Shown piece after piece: positions 14,101-25,590 of a DNA stretch of 64,000 nt. The DNA comes from Glaucostegus cemiculus. Taxonomy: Eukaryota. Location of the stretch: positions 18,724,001 to 18,788,000 of the forward strand of contig CDPCPM010000073.1 of NCBI GenBank assembly GCA_976551045.1, in the 5' to 3' direction. Numbering within the stretch: position 1 is the first letter of the stretch; each line of letters starts with the position of its first letter. The position numbers and the translations under genes are program-made. Below the pieces are notes generated by a model, which was not told the DNA's origin, did not search any database, and was given only the letters and a program-made list of their open reading frames with translations.

Positions 14101-16429
14101 TTTAAGCCGTGGCTCCCCTTTTCTAACATGCAATCTTTCGTTGGCGTTCAAAAAATCAACTAACTCATGATCTATACGTGGGCTGTCAGTAACTACATTA
14201 CTTTTTAACCATGGCAGAACATGGTGATGAAACAAAAACTTATCGTCAAAATGACCCTGCACCCTTTTTCTGGATCTTAATATACATTTTTTTTCAGAGC
14301 GACCTATTCACACAACGCTGAGAGGGCCACTCCAACCAGCAGTTATGATTCAAAAGAACAAGACGCAGTGCAAAATACACAGTTTACAGCCAATTTACAA
14401 AGAACTTCCCCCTACGCATTAAACATCGAAAGTTAAACATTTTACGTGTTAGAAGCAGGACATCCCATTTCAGTTTGATCACAAATGTCGGTTTGGGACA
14501 TTTGGGGAAGAAACCGAGTGGCTGAAATCTAGGTTCCTCTGTGCTCCCCCTTTCTGGTCAACCATTTCAGTTTTAGAGCGATTCACTGTGTGTTTGGGAG
14601 TGGATGGACGGAAAGGGGGTGGTGAGTTGCGTGCACAGAAAGTCGCATTAACTCGTTTGGCGAAGTATCCGCATTCCCCCTTTGTAAAAACCGTCAAGGC
14701 GCTGTAAAAACTGGAGGGTTGGGGCCCTTGCTCTCGCCGCCTGAGCTGCTTTCCCAAATATTGATTCAACGGCGTTAATCCTCCAAATAGCTTTTTCTTC
14801 GGTGCTGGGGTTTGGTGGTGGTGGGCGGGGGGGGGGACAGAGTCAATGAATTTCGACTGGCGGCCACCCTGGATTCCAGCACTTTCCACCCCCTATTAAT
14901 TTTGTGCTATCTGTAATCTTTGCCAAGCAACGACTTTGAATTTGCCTGTAGGGCCGTAATTTTCTGTTAAAAAGATCTATATATAAACGTGAACGTTATT
15001 TGTAGGGTATTGCACGGAGAGAAATAGAATTCACTGTGTAAACTGGAAAAAAGGGGGCTTTTTTTTCCCTTTTTGCAATCGCCGCATGTCTTTCTAACTC
15101 CAGCGCCCTGCCACGTGTTATTAATGTCTGCCAGGGAAGCAGAGAATACATTTGCCAGCAAACTGTAACTCGCCACCGAACGTTTGTCACGTAAGCAGTG
15201 CTATTTACTGTGGCTTCGTTTAGCAAGTATTAAAAAAAAGCCTTCAACTCAAGGTCGAACTCTCAACCAAATCGCTGTATAGAAAACATATAGCACAATA
15301 AATATAGCCGGGTAACCTTGCAGGCTGCTGTTTGCCCTTCATTATCCATTCCTCAAACATGGCTCCCAACTGACCGAGAGTATTATTATTTTATATGTAT
15401 TAAAACATGAAATCACACAGCCACAGTTCAACTTGTCAACTACACACACATGACGCATTTAGGAGATCAATTAAAACATCAGGCAGACAGCCGTATCTCG
15501 ATAATTGAACAGAAATGAAAAGTTTTAAAAAATAAATTACAATCCCGTTTGTCGATCCAATCACGAACACCACTAACACACAAAGACACATGCACATCTA
15601 CAGCTCGTTATTAACCGGATGATTTATTGTTATACATACCTAATCACATTACAGCTTCTGTTGCATCCCAGTGTACTAAACAATGAGTCACACACTGAAC
15701 AAAACCAGGAAAAAGAAAAAAAAATACACGCCGTGCTTAATATAACCAATTGTCTTAAGATTCCTTGGTACACAAAGAATCCACGGAGTAGGCGTTGCAT
15801 TTAATTACAACATGATGGGATGCAATACATTGATTTTCTACATTTTAAAATATAGCAGCGTTTTTCCATTAGAACAGAAAGGAAGGGGGAAAATAAGTTG
15901 GAAGGAAGCTGTCAGTCATTACTGCTCCATTGATCATTCACAATCTTCTGCATTCTGCTGCTGCCATCAGTCAATCCGCATTAATTGTCCCTCCCCTCCC
16001 CCTCTCTGGGCGTCTCTCCCTCTCTCGCTTTCTATCTCGATCCTGTCGCCAATTTGAGACAAACACAACGCTGATGAGTCCTTCAGAAGTTGCTTTTCTT
16101 TCATTCGAGGCGCGATTGTGCCTGGGAGATATTCAGATGAGCTCTTCCAAACATTCAGACGGTTGTTCCCCTGGCGCTCGGGGAGCTCATTACTATTTTA
16201 GTCCCTTTCCTTGTGTTAGGGAACTTGAGGAACTTGAAACCGCCTGAAAAAAAACACATGAGACAACGCGGCGAGGCTGAGCAGATGGGGAACTTGAAAC
16301 TCCTCGCCAGATTCTTATTACTATTTTGATCATTCACGGGAGAATGGGCAACCTCGAAACCGTACTATACTGAGTACCATTGTGATCGTTCAATGCCGTA
16401 CAAAGGATCGCCTTGAAACCTCCTGTGCT

Positions 16430-16560
16430 CTCTAATTGGTTTTTCAGGGACGTCGCGAGGGTGAGTTGGCCCCGGGCCAATCAGAGGCGTGTTTACATTG
16501 ATTGATTGGCAGCTGCTTTAGCCAATCGGAGAGTTATTGACACGGGGTGATTGACAGGAG
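16430..16560 (+). promoter_or_regulatory. Probable proximal TNRC18 promoter (NF-Y CCAAT cluster, PBX-MEIS/PKNOX site, FOX site)
   Basis: ATTGG 16435-16439, CCAAT 16477-16481 (GGCCAATCAGA), ATTGG 16505-16509, CCAAT 16522-16526 (AGCCAATCGGA), TGATTGACAG 16548-16557, TGTTTAC 16490-16496. CpG-rich, and followed by a donor site at 16743. Confidence 0.75.
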
Positions 16561-16742
16561 GCAGGCGATGGTGAAACAATGTGTGCTTCATTGCAAAAAG
16601 AGAGTTTGGAAGACTGGCTAGAGTTGAAAGAGGTTTTTGTATTTTGTTTTCTGTATGGCGATTCCAGAATTTGCGTTCACCTCTATCTTGGATTAAAATA
16701 AACTGGGGAAAATCTACTTAGCTGTCTGAATCGTCCATAAAC
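16561..16742 (+). other. TNRC18: Putative non-coding first exon of TNRC18 (5' end approximate)
   Basis: Directly follows the CCAAT cluster and ends at AC|GTGAGT (GT 16743-16744). Would splice to the 18505 acceptor across a ~1.76 kb intron. Confidence 0.65.
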
Positions 16743-18504
16743 GTGAGTAAAGTTTCGCATCTAACGTACTCTTTAACTATTGTACAGGGTAGTCAACCGT
16801 GCTTGTAAGACGTGAAGTAATGGGAAGGCGCGCAAACCGTGAAAAACATTTATTCTGGGCGCATTCGCACAACTTTGGATTGGGAAGTGAGATTCTCCAG
16901 AACACTAGACGTTACTGGAATAGAGGTGGGATTGTTCCTTATATATTTTACTGCTGTCGAATGGACGGACTAACTCTACTGAAGTTAGACCGGATCTTTT
17001 GTAAGAGCAAGTTAAGAGGATCAGTGTTACTCGCTTAAAAAGACCCATTTTCATTTTATTGCTAAAAAGATAAGTGAAAATAAACAAACGTGGATGTATA
17101 TTAAGCTTTAGATTCGCCCCCCCAAAAAAACAGGATTAGTTATTTTTTGTGTTCCACGGGAGACGGGGATTGCAATTGATTGTGCTCTTTGAACAAATGC
17201 CTGTTTTTAATTAAAATCAAGATTTAAACCATTTCATGAAACACTGGCCAAAGCCTGGATACGAAAACAAAGCTCCTAAAGGATTAGGATGGCAAATGTG
17301 GCGAAAAGTTCCGACAGAAAATACCTTCGATTCTATCTGAAGATCTTATTATTAATGTCTGCTGCTCTTGCAGTATATTTTGTAATGCCTTACACGCCTA
17401 ACCGATGAGTTTTAGGAACCTTTGCGTTCTGTATTTGCATGTTTCGGCATGTTTCAGCATCGCGTCTTAGGAGAGAACAGTGACTGGTGTGAATGAACTT
17501 GGGATTTTAGAAACTGCAAAAAAAATCACAATGATAAAACAATTATACGCTTTAATGAGGAAAGGAATCGGTCGATTGTATTGAATGCAATTTAGGAATA
17601 GGAATGGTTTAATTAGATAACGAAGGGGGTGGGGGATAATTGTTATTTTTAAAACAACTCTTCCCCTGTACGTATCAGGGCTATGGTGATAGAGCCAAAA
17701 TATTGTCTCTAAAGAAGCTTTCACTCTATCAGCACCTCAGTTGCTGATTTTATATATTTCATTTGAATTATTGAGCCTGGGTATGTACAATATAGCTTTA
17801 AACTTATTATCTTATAAGCATCTTAAAAGATCATTTTGAGAAGTGTTTTAAAAAACTATGGCTTCAGAATGTAATCATCTATGTTATGAGGCAGTGCGTT
17901 TGCTGTTTTATTTTTGCATAGCCAATGCTACTCTAGGCAGCTTTTTTGAAACTATATGCCAACAGCGACCATATACTTAGTAATCGGGAGTTAAAATAAA
18001 GCTCGGGAGGTTACTCTGACCTAAAAATCCTTTTTGTCTGCTTTCTGCTGTCGAATGGGCGGTAGCGATGGCATAATTGTCCTTAAGAATCGTACTAAAG
18101 GCAACATTTAGTTTTCCGGGCATTCGGTAGTCTTGCGCTAGCATTGCTCAGTGAAATGCCAGGCAGAATCTGAACCAGATGATTGAGCAGTTGTTTACAA
18201 AAAGACGGAACTATCGGTAGAGGCTGTAAACTGTATGATCCGAGCTCTAACGTATACTTAAATTACAATTTATATTCAAGAGCGAAGGCGCAAGAGCTGA
18301 CTGTGACGCCGATCCTCAAAGAGGAAATATGAGTTTAACTTGAAACATACATGTAATTTTCTCCCTGTTTTATCAATTAATAAAGCCACGTTTTCTAACG
18401 AATTTGGGTTATTGTAGGAAAATGCTTCTGAAAGATGGATTTGATATTTTTTAATATTTTAACTGAATATATTGAAGTAATGTTTCTTTCCCCTTCTTGC
18501 ACAG

Positions 18505-18633
18505 ATGCCGTTCAGAATGGCTCAAACAAAACCTGATAATAGGCTTGTAAATCTTGGGACTATCTAGTAGCCTGAATTTAAACAGGAGGGATTAGTTCCG
18601 AAGCAAAGTTGAAAGGAATCGCATTGACTGATT
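18505..18633 (+). other. TNRC18: 5' UTR part of the TNRC18 start-codon exon, containing a 20-codon uORF (18505-18567)
   Basis: Polypyrimidine tract TGTTTCTTTCCCCTTCTTGCACAG ends in AG at 18503-18504. The exon begins with ATG, giving MPFRMAQTKPDNRLVNLGTI followed by TAG TAG. Confidence 0.8.
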
Positions 18634-18835
18634 ATGGATGGGAGAGATTTCGGCCATCACCGAACAGTTCACGTCCCGTCTCCTCTGCTCACCGGGCTGG
18701 GCATGGAGGCGCATAGAGTCGGCGGGCCAGGCGGTCGGATCGTTTCCTCAGCCGGCCACCTTAGCTCGGCGCTCGGGTCTCACCTTCCCCCGGGCAAGTA
18801 CCTCTCTTCGCCGGTTTCGGTTCACGGGCACTCGG
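18634..18835 (+). CDS. TNRC18: First coding exon of trinucleotide repeat-containing gene 18 protein (BAH-domain chromatin reader); 67 codons + 1 nt, gene continues beyond the window
   Basis: Translation MDGRDFGHHRTVHVPSPLLTGLGMEAHRVG...LPPGKYLSSPVSVHGHSG matches the recalled human TNRC18 N-terminus (MDGRDFGPQRSVHGPPPPLLSGLAMDSHRVG...LPPGKYMAGLNLHPHPG) better than BAHCC1 (MDGRDFAPPPHLL). Strong Kozak context ATT-ATG-G. In-frame stops lie upstream. Donor G|GTGAGT at 18835/18836 splits the Gly codon in phase 1, as I recall for the human exon. Confidence 0.92.
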
Positions 18836-19498
18836 GTGAGTGGAGCCTTCTCTTCCGCTGACAATTGTTTTGTTTTTAGTGCTTTTAAAAGGCGAATCTG
18901 TGTTATGTCTAAGACATCTTAGTCCTGACAGAATTGTGTTTTGTATTTTCTAAGAAAAACAATGATTTTTCAAAACCACGAGGGTTTGCCCAGTAAATGA
19001 GAGCCCTTCCATTGACGGGAGAGAATGGAACTGTGCGGGAGATTGCAAGGATTTAAAAAGTTTGCTTAGAAGTTCTGTAAACTTCCTTTTTTTGTCAAAT
19101 GATGCACCAATTTAGTACATAAATTATGCCAGCACAAAATGGATGTAGTTCTTAATAATAATACTTAGGGTCAAATGTCCACTATCCAGATCTCATTGAC
19201 TGTAATCAGGTGCTCCTAAGTACCTTCCCCTTTTATTAAGTGTTAAGCGCATTCGAAATGTTTTTTCTTCCAGTGGGTCGGTGTTGTTTTCTGTTGTGCT
19301 TGGAATCAGCACAGGGCAGGCAGACGAGAAACACTATGTAGCACATAATGAAGTAAATGCCATTCTCTTGGAGCTTGCTGTTGCGGAGCACTAACCGAGA
19401 GGACCTTGGCTTACTTGTGGTCATATTGTTGGCATGATGCTAGGCTTTAAATAAGTTGAGCGAGGCCGATGGAAAAGGTTCGAGTGTATAGAGATTGC

Positions 19499-19536
19499 AT
19501 ATATATATGTGTGTGTGTGTGTGTGTATGTGTGTGT
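19499..19536. repeat. (AT)n(GT)n microsatellite
   Basis: Read directly. Confidence 0.9.
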
Positions 19537-20379
19537 GAAACTATACGTCTAACTTGGAAATGCGATTAAGTCAGCATTTTAGAAGGCAAACAATGCTTGG
19601 TATTAATTAGGAACATTCGGGGCTGAGGTTATATTTTACCTGGGATGACTTTGGTTTTCTGTTTTCGAATCTTACCTCTTTGCAGACGATAAACGTGCTC
19701 CATCATACTAGTACCTAAATTTACATTGATTCGACGATGATTCGGAAGTAACATTTGAGCATTTGATTCTGGTTTGGATAGAAGTCCCCCACAGTGCATT
19801 CAGTGCGAGCCAATTTACCGTATAAGCACCCAAATATCTAAAAATACAAGGCGGTTCAAAGCAGGAAAAAAACGTGGTCGAAATCATCTCCCGGTTGAAG
19901 ATAGATAATATGTAGATAATCTGAAAGAGGAGGTTGCAGTAAAATAGAATGTAATCTGAATGGCTAGGAATTTCAAATCGGGTTAAACTGCAAACAGCTA
20001 TTTTTATGGTGAATTCGAACAAATATTCGCACCTTTGTCTGAAGGCGCAGTTCTAATTCTCCCTAAATGGGTTCCCTTTAGTATGTAAATAGACAAGCAT
20101 TGAACACAAATAAATGCAGACAACATTCTTTAGTGCATTTTATCGCTTCGGTAGAAAGACATTTTAGTTAAAAACTTTGGGCTAGGTTTACGCGGATAGA
20201 AATTCCGTTTAGAGTTTGGGACATATGTTCCAGATTGTCATTTCTCAATTGATTTATTTATTTTAGAAAGTTTATACCAGGAAACTGATAGTAATATATC
20301 AGGCACATTCCAAAAAACACCAGACATAAACCGGCGGAAATCTCGACATTGCATTGCGAGATAAAAGGTGGTGGTGCTG

Positions 20380-20420
20380 GTGTGTGTGTGTGTGTGTGTG
20401 GGTGGGTGGGTGGGGAGGGA
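20380..20420. repeat. (GT)n followed by (GGGT)n, G-quadruplex-capable
   Basis: GTGTGT..GGGTGGGTGGGTGGGGAGGG read directly. Confidence 0.85.
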
Positions 20421-23400
20421 GGAATTGAAGGTGTTGTTAAGGGTCCATGCCAACTGGTTAAATGAATTGTAAATGTTTCTCGAGGAAGCTGCGCCTCGCT
20501 GACTACTTTTTCCCTCAAGCATGCAAATTGTCTGACATTCACGCTTGTTAGGGATGATTAGAATTGCGCAGATTGAAAGTGCACCTTTGTGTGAAAAAGA
20601 GACTGGTGGAGCAGCGAGTAGAAAGCACCAAACATGACATTTGTGAAACTACATTCATTTATTGGTATAAGTATGTCTAGCTATGTGTATATATAAGATG
20701 GCAAAATGATTTGCAAGCTGTTGACGATTCCCTAAAGTCCAAGGAACAACGGCACGTCCACCTAGAGATTGAATTATAGCTAATATTTAAGTGCAGTCCT
20801 TAATTCATTTCAGCAGATTTACTAAAGTTTAGACCGTTGACTGTTTACAATCAGATCTTCGCTGCTGTATGGCTTTTAACTGGTGATATTTTGAAGCTGT
20901 GTTCTGTCTCATATTCAAACCCAAATGACCATTTAAAATAATAGTTTCAGTTCCCCCTATATTATAATTCTCCCGGTTTCTTAGCGATTTCATATATGCA
21001 TCAGCGACTCTGCTCCCCTTAACCATTCTGCAAAAAGCACAAAGTTCAGTTTGGCTGCAGCTTTGATGATTTTTTTTATCGTTTGCTGTATTTTTGGAGG
21101 AACGGGGCTTTAGTTCAAATACCCGTATAACCAGCGCTGAAACATTTCTGATTCCCCGGTTTAAATGCGTCAACCTTTCCCCCACATTACGACGATTACA
21201 GCTGAAAAGATAATCTTTTGGGTGTACGGCTCTTTGGGACTTCCCTAGGTGTTGAACGGGGCTGCGGGAATACGAGTATTATCGTCTACCAAGCTATTTA
21301 AACGTCTGACGGGCTCTTCGGTGTCACTGAGACTTATAAAGAAGACCCTTTAACTATTTTTTTTACTAGGGCCAGCTGAGTTGTGAGGTAAATGCACGAT
21401 AATGCAGGAGGTAGGCTTTAATTGAAATGCTATGTGTGGTGGGCAAGGCCGAAACCCTATTGATTCTCAGTTTCTCTCCTTGTTTACATAGTTAAGGACT
21501 AAATAGGTTGCTCAACAAATCCAGATAATGCAGTTGGCAGTCAAAGTGTTAATATTCAGAGTTTTATGTGTAATGTAAATTAGTCCGATTGTACGACCGT
21601 TTTATAGAAAATGTGGATTTCGACAGATATTTTTTAATCATTCCATCTAAATGCGACTGATTTTTAAGTTTTCAGTTTAATAATTACTCCGAACAGTGGG
21701 TTTAACTGTCCATATGTCCCACCGCATTACCTTAATGAGTTTTAAAATATTAAATCATGAATAGTGGTTTCAAGTTTCAGTTAAAGAGTTCGATGACTTT
21801 ATCATTGGAAGGTGGCTGTGCATTAAAATTAAGAATACTTTGTCATCTTTATTTTAGTCGACATTAGAGTTGAATAAGTAGCTCCCAGTCATAATTGTTA
21901 CGAAGTAGCTTACTACCGGTTTGGGCGATTCTCTTGAAATATATACAGAAGGTAGAAATAGGGGAGGGGGGAAGGAAATACTTAAAGTAAGACATATTTG
22001 ATGTGAACTCAGCTCTCAGAACATTAAAAAAAACATTAAATCTGTGTAACTAACTTCTATGAGATGGAAGAGTAGGTAATGTAATGTAAAACATTCTTGC
22101 AGACCACATAGACTGGGAATGGCTATTTGTAGGTGTGTTTGCATGATAAGATGGCTGCATCTTAACATTGCCACAAGAATTCTATTTTTAAAACGACCTT
22201 TTAAAACTTAAAAGTTCGGATAGGCCAACTCAGCGGCTGGAGGCCATCGCGCTCGGGTGGAAGCCTTTAGCGGACATGCACCCCCGGGCCTCGCCAGTGT
22301 CCTTGGAAAGTACAATATTAACCAGTACCATACTCCTCTGAATCATGTTCTTAGTCATCACCACTAGAAATTCATTTATGTTTGTTACTGAATCAACGTA
22401 TCGAGCATGATATTGCTATATTAAAAGAAAAGCGTAGCAAAGTGTGCGTTATAATCCCCGGTGTTTAAAGACACTATGCTTTTTTCGCGTCTCATTTCTC
22501 TGCAATGAGCTCGAGGCATTTTAAAAATTAAACAGCGGTTCTTCTTTTTAGTTCCGTGCCCTTTTAACAAGCTCAAATTCTCGTCAGTTCAGGATTTAAA
22601 ATTTCGAACTGGAAATTCAATACTGCGATCAGAGCTGTGACTGCGTGGAAACCTTTTAGACCGCTCTGTACCTTTAATACATTTCACCGTAATTAGGGAC
22701 AGGGAGGTTTATGCAGGGTCTTCCGCTGGCGTTTTTAAGGAGGTACCGTTTGGTCACGAAGGTACCAGAGCCGGGTAAGATTGGTTCTGTGGCTCCTTAG
22801 ACCAAAGTGAAACCGACTGCCAAGAACCTGAGAGATTTCTTTTAACCCCTGCCGGACAGGCGGAGGTTTCTTTCAGATCATTGCAAATTTGGGGTTTTGG
22901 GATCGGGATTTTCGTCAGCAGAAAGAAGAGAGGAATTGAATGGCTCATCTGGCACAAGACGTAATGTTAGAAGGCTGAGCTGCTGGCCACCTGGTTGACC
23001 CAAGACGTGACATTAGTGCGAGCAGTATCACCGTTTAGCCTGCTCTGATTTAGTTTTGTTTTCGTTGCCCATACTTGAAAGCAACGTCTGCGCCTATTTT
23101 CTCTGTGATTTATTGGGACAAGACAGCGTGGTCCAGTCTCTGATCACTAGCCTGAACTTAGCACTCACTGATCAAGTGCCCAGAATAAAAATAAGTTTCG
23201 TGGGTGGAGGATTGGGTATGTTAACTGAATCAGATGATCCTAAATTACATCCGTTTCCAAAAATGGGAGTTGCCTGGCGCAGGTTTAACCCTGAAGAATA
23301 ATCAGGTTAGGCGCTTTTTAATTGAGGAAGTCGAAGAGATACGTTTCATTCCTCTTCCCACCTCTTCTGTATTCAGAAATCATACCGATAGGGTACAAAG

Positions 23401-23559
23401 TCCTGTTCTTGTGGTTACCGAACTTTATAAACATCAAAGCTTCTGCCCAACACATTTTAAGATAAATATTTCAAGGGTTGTTCCAGTCTCAAGGACAGTG
23501 CTGTCTGTACCCACGAGTACAATAAAAAAAGACGCATGTATTCAAGAGGGTGAAAAGAA

Positions 23560-23680
23560 TATAAGGTAACAGCAGACGGGGTGAAGTAGTGTGGGAATAG
23601 CCTGGTTGGAGTAGAGTCACCAGCACGGACTAGTTGGGCCGAATGGCAAATGGTGTGTATTCTATCCGTGTTACATGAGA
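23560..23680 (+). mobile_element. CR1 3' end fragment
   Basis: CACCAGCACGGACTAGTTGGGCCGAATGGC terminal motif. Confidence 0.6.
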
Positions 23681-23920
23681 TATGTGCCGACAGAGCTGTC
23701 TAAAAATGAAGGAGAGTGGGAATAGCCAGCAGGGTTTGAAAGGATCTCGAAGGGATACCAATCTCCAGACGCGGACAGGATTCAAGCAGCCCGTCACGGA
23801 TAGGGGTTGAGCAACGGATAAAAGCAACCCAATTTCAAGCGTTGCTACCAAAAGAAATCTGAAACACCAGACAGCCTTCGCTCCCGCAGAAATCAATCCT
23901 GGTGTTCGGCATTGCAATCC

Positions 23921-24125
23921 AAAAGCAAACAAAAAAAAACTGCGGACTTTGGAAGTCTAAAATAAAACCAGAAATACTGGAGACACCCCAGGTCGGGGAC
24001 AGGGGAAGAGAGAAAAAGAGTTAATGTGGAAAGCTGTAGTGAAAGGTCATTGACACGGCTTCTCTCGCCACAGATGCTGCCTGACCCGCAGTCTTTTCAG
24101 CAGTATCTGTTTTTCTTTATTTTTA
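23921..24125 (-). mobile_element. Old palindromic copy of the Penelope-type element
   Basis: Left arm AACTGCGGACTTTGGAAGTCTAAAATAAAACCAGAAATACTGGA and right arm TGAAAGGTCATTGAC...CCACAGATGCTGCCTGACCCGC...ATCTGTTTTT. Confidence 0.7.
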
Positions 24126-24200
24126 GTACCACAATATCAGTCTCAATCGTTTTAAGGTCTACTTTCCGCATAATTTCACATACACGCACTCCTACACGTC

Positions 24201-24212
24201 CGCACACGCGCG

Positions 24213-24252
<40 letters not shown>
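24201..24252. repeat. Compound (CG)7(CA)16 microsatellite
   Basis: Read directly: (CG)7 at 24207-24220 and (CA)16 at 24221-24252. Confidence 0.95.
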
Positions 24253-24258
<6 letters not shown>

Positions 24259-24431
24259 CAAGATCATTTAAGAAAAACAGTTCTATGGTTATATTTCTTT
24301 TTGTTTCCACTGAAAGATTAGACTAGACTTTTACTCAACCAACTTACACATACAAATAGATATGATTCCACTTTGAACCGACTCTGCCTTACTGATTCAT
24401 GAGCCGTAGAGGCTCGCTCAATCTCTCATAA

Positions 24432-24480
24432 TTAAAACAGAAAATGCTGGAAATACTCGGCAGGTCAGGCAGGATCTGTA
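24432..24480 (-). mobile_element. Fragment of the same element
   Basis: AAAACAGAAAATGCTGGAAATACTCGGCAGGTCAGGCAGGATCTGT is the reverse complement of the family core. Confidence 0.7.
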
Positions 24481-25419
24481 TCTCACCGAGGATGTGTGTG
24501 TGTTTGGGGGGGGGGGGGGGCGGTGTTGTAAATGGGTTGGTGCGACCAGTTCTCAAGACTATTGAATTGAATCGTTTGGCACCCTGTAACTCACTCCTCC
24601 CAAAAATTGTTTAGATGTGGCGAGAAGTTGGGAAGAAGGAGGAGGGGTTGCTCTGTTTTAAATAAACTGCGGTTGGACTCTCAGAAGTATTATTTGGCCT
24701 CAGACGCGTCTGGTATTCGCTAGTTTCGCTGGCAATTTCAGGTACATTGATTGCAGCAGATTAGTTAAGCGCTTTGAAGCTGAGGCCGAATGCATAATTG
24801 AAGATTTTTTTTCTATTTAAAAAAACAGAGCGCAGTTTACAACCATTGAAAATAATTGGCAACGTGCCAAATTTGTAGCGGAGTGCCTCTGTCAGTTTCG
24901 CGTCAGTGTCGTCCTGGATATTTCCATCGACCAATCCATGCACTGGGTTACTTACACGGTGGAGTAAGCAAATAGGTCACTGCCCATAAGTTCGAAGCAT
25001 TGTGCCAGAGAAATCCAAGAAGCTCCATAATGCAAATTACTTTCACAGATTCGCGTTAAGGGACCTTTTATTTTAAAAAAAGCGGCTGCATGTTTTATCT
25101 TTTGATTATATCAACACAAGATAGAGAAATCGGGATGAAGGCAGAATCCAGTGCAAGACAACACCAGGTTGAAATGAATTCGAGTCAGCGATGAGGTGGT
25201 TCCAAATCTGGGGTTTTAAGAGCCTGAAAACTCGTCAATATTTTGAGAAGGGTTATGTGGAGGGTGATGATGGGGTTCCGAGAATCTTGTGCCTACTGGG
25301 GAGAGTAAACAAAGCTCTCAGTGTTTATTTTATGCAGGGTCCACAACTGCTTTGGCGTTTACTGTTGAATTACCTCTTTCCAAACGGATAGTTTTGTACA
25401 TTTTACAAAAGAGAGACCT

Positions 25420-25590
25420 GCTGATCTGGAATGCAGCGTCTGAAAGGATGCTGGGAGCAGAACCAGTAGTAACTTCCAACGGGGAATTGGGGAACATTTC
25501 CAGAACTTTTAAATTTTGTAGAGTGGATTTTTCAAAGAGCAGATCGGAGAACGACCCCCTTCTGCGCTGTGTCAGTCTGCGACTATGGAA
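25420..25590 (+). mobile_element. CR1 3' end fragment
   Basis: TGATCTGGAATGC..CTGAAAGGATGCTGGGAGCAGA..GGGGAATTGG..TTCAAAGAGC..CCTTCTGCGCTGT, colinear with 62055-62250. Confidence 0.6.

Noticed and set aside
16071-16110. CTGATGAGTCC as a hammerhead core near the promoter
   Set aside because: No complementary GGAC followed by GAAA downstream, so stem II and the second core strand are missing.
18634-18835. Assignment to BAHCC1
   Set aside because: It shares MDGRDF and PGKY with BAHCC1, but the G..R.VH.P.PLL.GL.M..HRVG segment follows TNRC18 as recalled. Synteny would settle it.
18836-18861. C-terminal EWSLLFR of the listed 75-aa ORF
   Set aside because: This is read-through past the GTGAGT donor into the intron; homology ends at the Gly codon.
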